Shown here piece by piece: positions 21,229 to 30,977 of a stretch of 64,000 nt of DNA; position 1 is the first letter of the stretch, and each line of letters begins with the position of its first letter. The stretch is from Longimicrobiales bacterium (GTDB taxonomy: Bacteria > Gemmatimonadota > Gemmatimonadetes > Longimicrobiales > Gaopeijiaceae), in NCBI GenBank assembly GCA_965238005.1, contig OZ250165.1, forward strand, positions 2,848,001 through 2,912,000, in the 5' to 3' direction. Made by a program: the position numbers and the translations under genes. The notes under the pieces were generated by a model. That model was not told where the DNA came from and did no database searches. It saw only the letters and a program-made list of their open reading frames with translations.

Positions 21229-22839
21229 CTATCGCCGCCGCCGAGGCCATGTCGGTTCATGCCCCGAGTCCCGGTAGTCCGACGAGTCACCTAAGCGCTC
21301 GTCCTCCAATTCCCGCAGCTCCCACAGGTGTGAACGCAACTCGTGGTTGGGCGGTCTGGTGAACCCGGCCATGGCCGGTGAAGACTGTGCAACCCGTGAA
21401 GGTACGGGCTGGAACCAGTCCACGCCGTTCCCCATCTTGCCGTTCGAGTTGGAGCCCCAGCAGTAACCCGTGCCGTTCGACGCCACGCCGCACGTGTGAG
21501 CAGATCCAGCGTCCACACTGCGGAACGTGATGCCGCCGGAGACCCGCAGCGGCACGCTGCTGTTGAACCAGCCGGCGTCGCCCAACTTGCCAAAGGAGTT
21601 GGAGCCCCAGCAGTAGGCGGCGCCACCGGGGGTGACGCCACACGTGTGGCTCGACCCTGCGCTCACGGAGGCGAAGGTGAGGCCCCCGGAGACCCGTAGG
21701 GGAACGCGGCTTTCGGTCGTACCTTCGGCGCCCAGCCGGCCGTCGCCGTTGTGACCCCAGCAGTAGGCGGCGCCACCGGCGATGACGCCACACGTGTGGC
21801 TCGACCCGGCGCTCACGGAGGCGAAGCCGAGGCCTCCGGAGACGAGCACCGGAACACCGCTGCTCTCGGAAGTGGATCCGTCGCCCAGCTGGCCGTCGCC
21901 GTTCCACCCCCAGCAGTAGGCGGCCGCACCGAAGGTGACGCCACACGTGTGGTCCGACCAGGCGCTCACGGAGGCGAACGCGAGGCCCCCGGAAACGGGC
22001 ATCGGAACAGCGCTGCTCTCGGACGTGGATCCGTCGCCCAGCTGGCCGTCGCCGTTCCATCCCCAGCAGTAGGCGGCGCCACCGGTGGTGACGCCACAAG
22101 TATGGAACAATCCGGCGCTCACGGAGGCGAACGCGAGGCCGCCGGAGACCCGCACCGGAACGTTGCTCTCGGAAGTGGATCCGTCGCCCAACTGACCGTC
22201 GCTGTTCCACCCCCAGCAGTAGGCGGCGCCACCGCTGGTGACGCCACAAGTGTGGAACGATCCGGTGCTCACGGAGGCGAACGCGAGGCCGCCGGAGACC
22301 GGCACCGGAAGCAGGCTTTCCACAAACGATGCGTCGCCCAGCTGGCCGTCGCCGTTAAACCCCCAGCAGTACCCGTCACGACCGGTCGAAAGGCCGCACG
22401 AGTGAAAGTTTCCGGCGCTGACGACTCTGGCCGCCGGAAGGCCGAGCACAACTTGGGGTGTATTCCAGCGGGCCTGGCTGCCGCCTCCTAATTGCCCGTA
22501 CCCCACGAAGCCCCAACAGTACCTGTCAGCCCCCGTCGTGACGCCACAGGCGTGGCTCGATCCTGCGCTCACGGAGGCGAACATGAGGCCGCCGGAGATC
22601 GGCACAGGAACGCTGCTGTCGAACGTGGATCCGTCGCCCAGCCGGCCGTTGGCGTTACTCCCCCAGCAGGAGGCAGCCCCACCAGTGGTGACGGCGCAGG
22701 TATGACTCGACCCCGCACTAACAGAAGCGAACCTGAGGCCGCCGGAGACCCGACCCAGACCGCTGCTGGCGAACGAAGCGAACGTGAGGCCGCCGGAGAC
22801 AAGCACCGGAACACTGCTGTCGGTGGTGGATCCATCACC
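21229..22839 (-). pseudogene. RCC1-repeat protein, 5'-truncated
   Basis: About 9 repeats of [36 protein letters not shown]; begins mid-repeat with no proper start; one repeat internally collapsed. Confidence 0.85.
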
Positions 22840-23313
22840 TATCAGCAGCTTGCCAACAGGGCCGCCGCCGCCATCTACAGTCGTGTGCGCAAGCTGACGT
22901 CCGGATCGGGCTTCCCCACCGCTCAGCAGGTGTTAGCCTTGTCGGAAGACGATCTGCGTGGAGCCGGGCTCTCGCGCAGCAAGACACGAGCCATTAAGGA
23001 CCTGGCCGCAAAAACCGTGAACGGCGACCTCGGGTTAAGGAGCATCGGTCGCCACGGGGACGAAGAGGTCATCCGACGACTTACCACCGTCTGGGGAGTC
23101 GGGGAGTGGACGGCACACATGTTTCTCATCTTCAAGCTCGGGAGGCCCGACGTCATGCCTGCCGGTGACCTGGGGGTCCAGGAGGGCCTCAGGATTCTTG
23201 ACGGGCTGGACAAGCGTCCGGAGCCGGAGTACCTCCTGGCCCGGGCGGAGGTGTGGCGGCCACTCCGAAGCGTCGCCGCATGGTTCCTTTGGCGCCTCAC
23301 GGACAAGCGATGA
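22828..23313 (+). pseudogene. alkA: DNA-3-methyladenine glycosylase II (HhH-GPD), 5'-truncated
   Basis: [55 protein letters not shown]-terminus missing. Confidence 0.85.
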
Positions 23314-23834
23314 TCCGACGTGCAGCGATGATCCGACGTGCCTTGATACCGGTCGCAGCGGTGCTCGCCACGGGCTCGCTCGGCACGCCTCGGCCTGCCG
23401 CGACCCAGATCCTGGCCCCCATCGGGGGCGCGCTGGCAGGGGCCGGGGCGGGCGCGTGGCTCAGCGTAGCCTACATCACCGTGCAGGCGCGGAAGGGCAA
23501 CTACCTCGACTCGGGGGAAGAGGCCGTCCGCATGGCTGCCATTCCCCTCTTCACTGGACTCGCGGCCGGACTCGCCCTGGGCGTGTTCGCCGAGGATCGG
23601 ATGAATCAGGCGCTACTCTGGGGCGCGGTGGGGTGGGCCTCGGGGATCGGGGTCGGCGCCCTCATCGGGCACCAGGTTTGGGACGATCCGCAGCGGAGAT
23701 GGGCGGGAGGGGTCATCGGAGGCGCCGTGGGGTTGATAGTGGGTGGCGTGGCCGGCCTCGTCTCCTCCCAGGGCGACGGGGAGGACAGTCAGCAGCCTGA
23801 CGGCCTTCCTCTTTTGATCAGGTTCCGATTCTGA
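23310..23834 (+). CDS. Glycine-rich membrane/secreted hypothetical protein
   Basis: ATGA overlap with alkA stop, signal peptide, glycine-zipper helices, C-terminal IRFRF. Confidence 0.7.
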   Translation: MIRRAAMIRRALIPVAAVLATGSLGTPRPAATQILAPIGGALAGAGAGAWLSVAYITVQARKGNYLDSGEEAVRMAAIPLFTGLAAGLALGVFAEDRMNQALLWGAVGWASGIGVGALIGHQVWDDPQRRWAGGVIGGAVGLIVGGVAGLVSSQGDGEDSQQPDGLPLLIRFRF

Positions 23835-23836
23835 GG

Positions 23837-25102
23837 ATGCCCGGCGCAGCTCCGCGTGCCCCTGTTCGAGGGCAACTCATGCCGGCGATCCGGGGGCCGC
23901 AGCAAAGCCGGAGCCTGGCGCACCGAGTCTGCTCGCTCCTGACGCCGCTCGTGGCCGCAGGTGCTTGCGCCTACGCCCCGGCACCCCTTCCCGGCGCCCC
24001 ACCCATGGCCGACCCTGGGCCCGACAGCGTGGACGCAGTCGTCTTCCTGGTCGGTGACGCCGGGGAGGCAGACGGGGTCGGCAGTCCCGTCCTGCAGAAG
24101 GTCGCCAACGAAGTGGAGAGTTGGTCCGAGTCTCTGGCGCGTGACTCGGCGGTGGCCGTCGTCTTTCTGGGAGACAACGTCTACCCCAACGGATACCACT
24201 ATCCCTCCGAAGGCGACTACCCTCGGGACTCGGTGCGCCTCGGAAACGAAATCGCCACCGTGTCCGGCCCACAGGCTCGCGCGCACCTAACACCCGGGAT
24301 CTTCATCGCCGGCAACCATGACTGGGCAAACACTTCAGGGCCCGTAGCCCTGGCCCGCCTCCGCAACCTGGAAACGAGGCTCGAGCGGGAGCGATCCGCC
24401 GGGACGCTGGTGGAGCTCATGCCCGGAGCCGGACTAGGGGGACCGGAGTACGTCGACCTGGGCCAGAACGTGCGGATCGTGTTCCTCGACACGCAGTGGT
24501 GGCTGGCCGAGGGCCAAGACGAGGATCGGATTCTCGAAGCCTACCAGCGTCTCGCCGAAGTCATGGCGGACTCCGACGATCGTGACGTGATCGTCGCCGC
24601 TCACCACCCCATAGTGACAGGCGGTGAGCACGGAGGCGCCGTGGGCTTCTGGTCCACCGTCGGCGTCCGTTGGCTCCTCAGCCGCACCGGCGCAATCAGA
24701 CAGGACCTTACCTCCCTCCCGTACCAGGGCATGATCCGCGGATTTCGGGAGGCGTTCTCCCGTGGTGGCGCTCCGCTGGTCTACGCTTCGGGCCACGACC
24801 ACAACCTCCAGGTCATCGCCGCAGTCGAAACTGGTGACCCCGAGTTCACCCTGGTGAGCGGGTCCGGCAGCAAGTTATCGACGCCTCTGAGGGGTGTCCC
24901 CGGGATGCATTTCGGAGTGGCCGCCCCGGGCTACATGCGCGTCGTCTTCCACCGGGACGGCGTTGTCGACGTGTTCGTGATCTCCGGCCCCCGAAGCTTC
25001 ATGGCATGCCCCGAGGACGCGACGCCAGAGCACGACTGTCTCACCCTCTGGCCCACGGCCTTCCGCGTCGTGTACTCCCAGCGCCTGAAGCCGGCTCCTT
25101 GA
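23837..25102 (+). CDS. Calcineurin-like metallophosphoesterase
   Basis: GDAG, GDNVY, GNHDW, HHP, GHDH motifs; possible lipobox AGAC; start uncertain. Confidence 0.9.
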   Translation: MPGAAPRAPVRGQLMPAIRGPQQSRSLAHRVCSLLTPLVAAGACAYAPAPLPGAPPMADPGPDSVDAVVFLVGDAGEADGVGSPVLQKVANEVESWSESLARDSAVAVVFLGDNVYPNGYHYPSEGDYPRDSVRLGNEIATVSGPQARAHLTPGIFIAGNHDWANTSGPVALARLRNLETRLERERSAGTLVELMPGAGLGGPEYVDLGQNVRIVFLDTQWWLAEGQDEDRILEAYQRLAEVMADSDDRDVIVAAHHPIVTGGEHGGAVGFWSTVGVRWLLSRTGAIRQDLTSLPYQGMIRGFREAFSRGGAPLVYASGHDHNLQVIAAVETGDPEFTLVSGSGSKLSTPLRGVPGMHFGVAAPGYMRVVFHRDGVVDVFVISGPRSFMACPEDATPEHDCLTLWPTAFRVVYSQRLKPAP

Positions 25103-25190
25103 AACCCCGGGCCCTGGAGGCCCGTAGTATAAGCAGGCCGTCCGACCACGTGGGTTCGGACGGGACAGTCATCCATCGAGGAGGATCCTG

Positions 25191-25373
25191 ATGGCCAAGA
25201 GTAGTCGAGGACGTGCGCCACGGGACAAGAAGCCCTCGCTCAAGCTTCCCGAGTGGCCCTGCACGCCCAAGCCGCCGCGCACACCCCCACCTCCGCGGCC
25301 CACGGATCCCGTGGGCGCGACGCCGGGCCCCGACTTCAAGAAGGTGATCAGGAAGCTACGGAAGAAGCGCTAG
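25191..25373 (+). CDS. Small basic Pro/Lys-rich protein
   Basis: GAGGAGG RBS before ATG; GC-rich third codon positions. Confidence 0.5.
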   Translation: MAKSSRGRAPRDKKPSLKLPEWPCTPKPPRTPPPPRPTDPVGATPGPDFKKVIRKLRKKR

Positions 25374-25417
25374 AGGCCTGTTGAAGGAGTACGGCGGGTC
25401 GGGTTAGGAGCGCCGAA

Positions 25418-25610
25418 CTAGACGGTCCGCAGTGCCAAGACCTCTCCGAGCCTCCGGACCACTACGTCCACCTCGTGATCCTTCAGCATGGCGGTGCCGA
25501 CTTCCAGCTGGCCGTCGGAAAGGACCAAGTAGGGGGTCCTGATCGAAGGCTCCCCGTCCTCCAGCGCCTTCTGCGCCTCCTCCACCGATAGCGGGATCAG
25601 CGACTCGTCC
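25418..25610 (-). pseudogene. C-terminal fragment of a SelA/DgaE-like PLP enzyme
   Basis: LSVEEAQKALEDGEPSI..LKDHEVDVVVRRLGEVL; recognised from memory. Confidence 0.5.
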
Positions 25611-25699
25611 TGGCAATCGTCTTGCTTTCGACGACGAACGAGAGGCCGTGCCAGCCATACTGCATGTATGGGAGGAGTGCCCATTCGCTGTTCTCCGAG

Positions 25700-25886
25700 A
25701 ACATCTGCAGCCCTTGTGACAACCGAATTCCGCATAATCACCGCCTATGCCGTTGAACGAGAGGGCTCTGAAGGCATTGTAGAAGAACTCGCGACGGCAG
25801 AGGCGTTCCCTTACCCGGACGCGGGACCGGAAGCTGAAGGGTCGTTTGATCACATATGACTTCAGCTTTTCAACAATCCCGGGCAT
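25700..25886 (-). pseudogene. N-terminal fragment of a TylF/MycF-like methyltransferase
   Basis: AGGAGG RBS, FNGIGGDYAEFGCHKG, then similarity is lost. Confidence 0.55.
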
Positions 25887-26225
25887 ATTGCCAGTGCTCC
25901 TCCTGAACAGGGCTGACTACAGCTATCACCGCCCGTGGACTCTTGCGAGTCCCCCGATTTTCGATCGACATCCCGCTGAATCCGGACCTCCCAGGGGCAT
26001 CCGGAGGCCATGCTAGTGGGTGCCACGGGAGCCGTCAACCGATGGAACGAAGGAGGCGCTCCCCCATGTTGACCACCTTGGTCCTGCCCCTCACGTTATC
26101 CCGATCCGGCAATGGACTTCTTTCTCCTGTCCCCGTTGGAGAATCGGAAATGGGAATCGAGCTCGAGTTGTCAGCCATGCTCTTCATGTTGACGCCTTGA
26201 GTCCCCGTACTCAAAACACAAGACC

Positions 26226-26435
26226 TTAATTGAAGGGTCCGCCCAGAACGAGTCGGAAGGTCGAAGCGCCACGTCCGACGCGATAGCTCATGCCGATCCT
26301 GGGTATCTCGAGCCCCAGGACCTTCCAGGGAGTAATCGTTCCGAACATGACGCCGAACTCAAATTGCACGTCGACCGAGCGCTGCTTGCCGTAGAAGCGA
26401 ATGAGCTCCGGACTCACGAAGTAAGGTAGTTCATG
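26226..26435 (-). pseudogene. C-terminal fragment of an outer-membrane beta-type protein
   Basis: Amphipathic strands QFEFGVMFGT..RIGMSYRVG..FRLVLGGPF; no start. Confidence 0.45.
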
Positions 26436-26579
26436 GCGAACAGCCCGCCGTCCACACCCGCAGCGGCGAAGGGCTTTAGCTGCCATTCTCAGCAACGGGA
26501 AGCTACGGCGTTGAACACCAACCCCCAGCCGGGCCAACGGAGCTGTACGCGATCGTCGGAGCCACCGCGGTGGATGGTG

Positions 26580-26936
26580 TGGGTCTCCTATGCCAACGCG
26601 TTGATCGAGGCCCACCTCGATGAGTTCAGCGAGTTCGCCGACTCACTCTATGCGCCGGTTGAGCAGATGATGCGGCGTCAGGCCTACGGGTCATGGGAAT
26701 CGATGCTGTACGAATCGCTGGTCCGAGCAGCCGTGGCGCGGTATCGGCTGAGCCACGGTGGTGAAGCGGAGGCGGCAGCGGAGATCGAGGAGCAGGTTGA
26801 AGCTGGGTTCGTGTGGACTGGGGAGCTTTGTGAGCTTCTGGGGGAATACGAGAGGGACCGGGAGGCCTATCCGTCGATGGCGGAGTTTATGGACCGGGTC
26901 GTGGGGTTCTTTCGGGAGTTTGCGGGGGGGCGTTGA
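26580..26936 (+). pseudogene. C-terminal fragment of a DUF4932-like protein
   Basis: MRRQAYGSWESMLYESLVRA..GFVW..YERDREAYPSMAEFM; N-terminal portion absent. Confidence 0.65.
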
Positions 26937-26999
26937 CGGGCTCAAGTTGACAACGCCCGCGCACCGCGATCCGAGGCATGGTCGACCGAAAGGCCTCTA

Positions 27000-29576
27000 T
27001 TGTCAGACATACGCGTACCGTGGATCGTCCTCAAGTTCGGGGGAACGAGCGTCTCGACGCCCGAGAACTGGGGTGCGATCGCCGATGTCGTGAGCGAGCG
27101 AGTCGTCGAGGGCTTCCGACCGCTCATCGTTCAATCGGCTCTGGAGGGTGTGACCCTCCAGTTGGAACGGCTCGTAGAGGCGGCGAGCATGGGCGACGCG
27201 GACCTGTCCGTCGAGAGCATCGCACAGGCACACGCGGAACTGCTCGATGCAAGAGGTGTGCACCAGCCCGACCTGCTTGCGAGAGACGTCGACGAGCTGA
27301 CAACCCTGCTCGAAACGATCTCGACGGCCCGAGAGGCGAGCCCCGCCAACAAGGCGCGAGCCCTCGCCATTGGCGAGTACATGGCGACCCGCGTCGGGGC
27401 CGCCCTACTCGCCGCGTCGGGCGTGGAGGCCGTTTGGGTAGACGCCAGGGACCTCTTGGTCTCCGGGCCCTCAACCCGAGGAGATTGGGGTCACTACCTC
27501 TCAGCGGAGTGTGGCGCTGACGCTGACCCGGTGCTGGACCGCAAGCTCGCCAGCCTTGGGGATGTCATTATCACGCAGGGTTTCGTTGCTCGGGACGAAG
27601 AGGGCAACACGGTGGTCCTCGGAAAGGGCGGATCGGACACCTCCGCCGCCTACCTCGCAGGACGGCTGGAGGCCGAGCGCGTCGAGATTTGGACCGACGT
27701 GCCCGGCATGTTCACCGCCGATCCCCACGTCGTGCGCGCGGCGCGTCTACTTCGCCGCCTCGACCACGGAGAGGCTCAGGAGATCGCTACGACCGGCGCG
27801 AGCATCCTTCACCCTCGCTGTATCCCAGCGTTGAGAGATCGAGGCATTCCGATCCACATTCGGAGCACGCTTTTCCCCGACCACCCAGGCACAATCATCT
27901 CGCGTTGGCCAGACAGCGGAGTCCCACAGCTCAAGGCGATCTCGGTCCGGCGAGGGGTATGTCTCGTATCGATGGAAACCTTGGGCATGTGGCGGCAGGT
28001 CGGCTTCCTGGCCGACGTGTTCGACTGTTTTCGTAGACGGGGCATCTCGGTGGACATGGTGTCGACGTCCGAGACGAACGTCACCGTTTCGCTCGACGCC
28101 GACGCCATCGAACTCGACTCGGACAGCTTGTCTGCCCTACTGGAAGATCTGGGCGCCCATTGTCGGGCTCGTCTGATCCACTCCTGCGCCGCTATCAGCC
28201 TTGTCGGGCGAGGCGTACGAGCGCTCCTGCACCGTCTCAGCCCGGTATTCGAGGCGTTCGAGGAGCACCCGGTGCACATGGTCAGTCAGGCAGCCAGCGA
28301 CCTGAACCTCACGTTCGTCGTGGACGAGGATCGAGCCGAGAAGCTGACCCGTGATCTTCATGCCCTCCTGGTTTCCGAAGCCTCCGACCCGGAAGTATTC
28401 GGGCCCACGTGGGAGGAGTTGGCGTCTCCTGAACCGCACCCCCACACACACGCTTGGTGGATCGACAAGGCACCACGTCTCGAAGAGATCGCTCGCCGGC
28501 ACCGTTCGGCGTTCGTGTACGACCTCGAGACGATTCGGGATCGCGCGCGGCGCGTGCGAGCCGTCACGGGCATCGACCAGGTCTTCTACGCGATGAAGGC
28601 GAACTTCCACGAGGGGATCCTCGCGGCAATCGAAGAAGAAGGCTTGGGCTTCGAGTGCGTCTCTCTACCCGAAGTGCATGCGGTACTCGATCGCTTCCCC
28701 GACATCGAGCGGCAGCGGGTGTTGTTCACTCCCAACTTCGCACCCAAGGAAGAGTATCTCGCCGCCCTGGAGTTGGACGTCTGGCTGACGCTCGACAGCC
28801 TGTATCCGCTCCGGCACTGGCCCGAACTGTTCGAAGGTCGTGATCTTCTCGTCCGGTTGGATCCGGGTGTCGGGAAGGGACATCACCACAACGTGCGGAC
28901 GGCCGGCGGCCACTCGAAGTTCGGAGTGCCGCTCTTCGAGTTGGAGGAGTTGGGAAAGCTGTCGGGCACAGTTGGCGCGCGGATCGTCGGCCTTCATGCC
29001 CACTCGGGAAGCGGCGTGTCGTCCGCGGATCATTGGGTCGAGGTCGGAGAGATCCTCGGCGCCGCCGCGGATCGGTTGCCCCACGTACGCATCATGGACC
29101 TGGGCGGGGGCCTCGCCGTTCCGAGCCGCCCGGGGGAGTCCGAAATCGATCTCGTGCGTCTGGCGGAGGGCTTGGAGGGACTGAGGAAGAAACACACCCG
29201 GATCGAGATCTGGCTAGAGCCCGGACGCTACCTCGTGGCGGAGGCCGGAGTACTCGTCAGTCTGGTCACCCAGACCAAGGGCAAAGGGCGGCACCGATAC
29301 GTAGGAATCTCCACAGGCATGAACTCGCTGATCCGACCAGCCCTTTACGGGGCCCATCACGAGATCACCAACCTATCGCGCCTAAACGCCCACCCTGAGG
29401 AAGTCGTCACGGTCGTCGGGCCCATATGTGAGTCCGGGGACCGGCTCGGCGTCGACCGCCTGCTCCCCCGCACGAGCGAAGGCGACGTTCTCCTGATCAC
29501 GAACGCGGGTGCCTACGGGCGGGTGATGAGCTCGTCCTACAACCTACGGTCCCCCGCGACCGAGGTCGTGCTCTAG
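27000..29576 (+). CDS. lysAC: Bifunctional aspartate kinase / diaminopimelate decarboxylase
   Basis: KFGGTSV, GGSDTSA, IWTDVPG, ACT domains; then FYAMKAN, SKFG, HSGSG, DLGGG, EPGR, VVGPICESGD, AGAYG. Confidence 0.97.
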   Translation: MSDIRVPWIVLKFGGTSVSTPENWGAIADVVSERVVEGFRPLIVQSALEGVTLQLERLVEAASMGDADLSVESIAQAHAELLDARGVHQPDLLARDVDELTTLLETISTAREASPANKARALAIGEYMATRVGAALLAASGVEAVWVDARDLLVSGPSTRGDWGHYLSAECGADADPVLDRKLASLGDVIITQGFVARDEEGNTVVLGKGGSDTSAAYLAGRLEAERVEIWTDVPGMFTADPHVVRAARLLRRLDHGEAQEIATTGASILHPRCIPALRDRGIPIHIRSTLFPDHPGTIISRWPDSGVPQLKAISVRRGVCLVSMETLGMWRQVGFLADVFDCFRRRGISVDMVSTSETNVTVSLDADAIELDSDSLSALLEDLGAHCRARLIHSCAAISLVGRGVRALLHRLSPVFEAFEEHPVHMVSQAASDLNLTFVVDEDRAEKLTRDLHALLVSEASDPEVFGPTWEELASPEPHPHTHAWWIDKAPRLEEIARRHRSAFVYDLETIRDRARRVRAVTGIDQVFYAMKANFHEGILAAIEEEGLGFECVSLPEVHAVLDRFPDIERQRVLFTPNFAPKEEYLAALELDVWLTLDSLYPLRHWPELFEGRDLLVRLDPGVGKGHHHNVRTAGGHSKFGVPLFELEELGKLSGTVGARIVGLHAHSGSGVSSADHWVEVGEILGAAADRLPHVRIMDLGGGLAVPSRPGESEIDLVRLAEGLEGLRKKHTRIEIWLEPGRYLVAEAGVLVSLVTQTKGKGRHRYVGISTGMNSLIRPALYGAHHEITNLSRLNAHPEEVVTVVGPICESGDRLGVDRLLPRTSEGDVLLITNAGAYGRVMSSSYNLRSPATEVVL

Positions 29577-30053
29577 AAGCAAGGCGACGCGTGGTCGCTC
29601 TAGCAAGTAACCTGTTATCACTGCGGGCCGGATGGAAGCCGACCACCGGGTCTTTCTCTCGCTGGAATGCGTATGTAGGGCCACCGGCGGCCCGGATCGT
29701 CGAGAGGAGTGGGAACGAGCGTCTCGACGTCAGGAAGGGCAGACGGATGGGGCGGGGCCATGGATGGAGGCGCCGTCGCCGCAGTGCAGTGGCAACCTGA
29801 ACTGACCGAGGCGGACGATCCCACTCAGCAGAGGTCTTCGACGGCTGCTTCAGCTCATCGAAGAAGTTCGTCACCAAGACCACCTGGTTCGCTCCCCGTC
29901 CGATCCCGCGTTGGGGGCTCCTCGAGGTATCCGGGCTTCCGAGTTCCTCAAGGATCTAAAAGCGGATGTGGACGCCTGGTATTACCGCTCCACATGGGAC
30001 GCGGGAGATACCCGGTCGGCCAGTTCGGACGTGGGGAAGCCCTCCACGGAGCG

Positions 30054-30470
30054 TCATCCCCCGTCGCCAACCGTGAACGTGACGGTCTCCAGCACGCTGC
30101 CGTCCTCATCGCGGATCTCGACCCGCCACTCACCCGTCCAATCCTCGGGGATGTTCTTGTTACTCCACGAGCGCCACGGCGAGCCACCTATCGCCGGCAG
30201 CGTCAGAGTCCTCTCGTGGGGCCCATGGATCCATACGTGCGAGAGAGTCTTGCCCTCTGCGCCGGACACCCGGGTCCAGCACCAGAGGCTGCCCACGTCC
30301 GCGGCGAAGGCCGAGCCGCTGTCGACCGGTATTCGGTCGACGACATCCGTGGCGATCTGGACCTCGACCGTGATCTCGGCGTCCTGAGCCAACGCCACTT
30401 CGACAGTGCTCGCCAGCAGGCAGGCTGAGATCAGTGCATACGCAATCGGCTCCATGGTTGTCTCCCGCAA
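30054..30470 (-). CDS. DUF2914-like secreted protein
   Basis: LWCWTRV, HVW, WRSWSNKNI..WTGEWRVEI. Confidence 0.8.
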   Translation of the reverse strand: MRETTMEPIAYALISACLLASTVEVALAQDAEITVEVQIATDVVDRIPVDSGSAFAADVGSLWCWTRVSGAEGKTLSHVWIHGPHERTLTLPAIGGSPWRSWSNKNIPEDWTGEWRVEIRDEDGSVLETVTFTVGDGG

Positions 30471-30502
30471 TGGGTCGTCCTTCGTCCGGCCACCTCAGTC
30501 GG

Positions 30503-30946
30503 CTACTCGAAGATATACGCCACCGCCTCGGCCGCCTGCTCCAGCGTCTCCACAGTGAGCGTGGCAAGCGCGTCCAGCTCCTTGAGCGCGTGGATCAGCT
30601 CGCCGTCCCTCACCGGAATCAGCGGAAGCCCGGAGGCCACGGCCGCGCCTGCATCGGTGGCGGTGTTCCACTGGCGGTACTTCGGGCCGAAGTAGGCCAC
30701 CACCAGGTCCGCCCTGCGGAACAGGATGCGCGTCCGCAGTGTGTTGACGCGGGCTCCCATCAGGTCACGGTAGCGGGGCCCCGGCTGCTCCCCGAGGATG
30801 TCCTCGCCGACGGCGTCCGAACGGTCGTGCTCGACGTTGGGGCCCACCAGACTCGCGCTTACCCCCGCCGCTTCGAGCGCGGCCCCGAAACGGTCGCGCC
30901 AGTCGCTGTGGATCTCGCCGGCGGTGTAGATCGTGATGGTGTCCAT
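30503..30946 (-). CDS. YtoQ-family protein (nucleoside deoxyribosyltransferase-like fold)
   Basis: GEIHSDWR, HDRSD, NTLRTR, FGPKYRQWNTATDAG, HALKELD. Confidence 0.88.
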   Translation of the reverse strand: MDTITIYTAGEIHSDWRDRFGAALEAAGVSASLVGPNVEHDRSDAVGEDILGEQPGPRYRDLMGARVNTLRTRILFRRADLVVAYFGPKYRQWNTATDAGAAVASGLPLIPVRDGELIHALKELDALATLTVETLEQAAEAVAYIFE

Positions 30947-30977
30947 TCGCCTCTCGTCGGTGTCTTGCGCCGATTCA

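Noticed and set aside
21400..22800. Periodic repeats as a CRISPR array or DGR template
   Set aside because: They are in-frame RCC1 protein repeats; no unique spacers, cas genes or reverse transcriptase in the window.
25374..26940. Integron cassette array
   Set aside because: No convincing attC pairs (RYYYAAC..GTTRRRY), mixed orientations, truncated genes and no intI.
26937..26999. Lysine riboswitch upstream of lysAC
   Set aside because: Only about 60 bp is available; the TTGACA there lies in an IS6-end-like sequence and has no good -10.
27000..29576. LysC-LysA fusion as a novelty
   Set aside because: This fusion is already known, for example in Xanthomonadales and Legionella.
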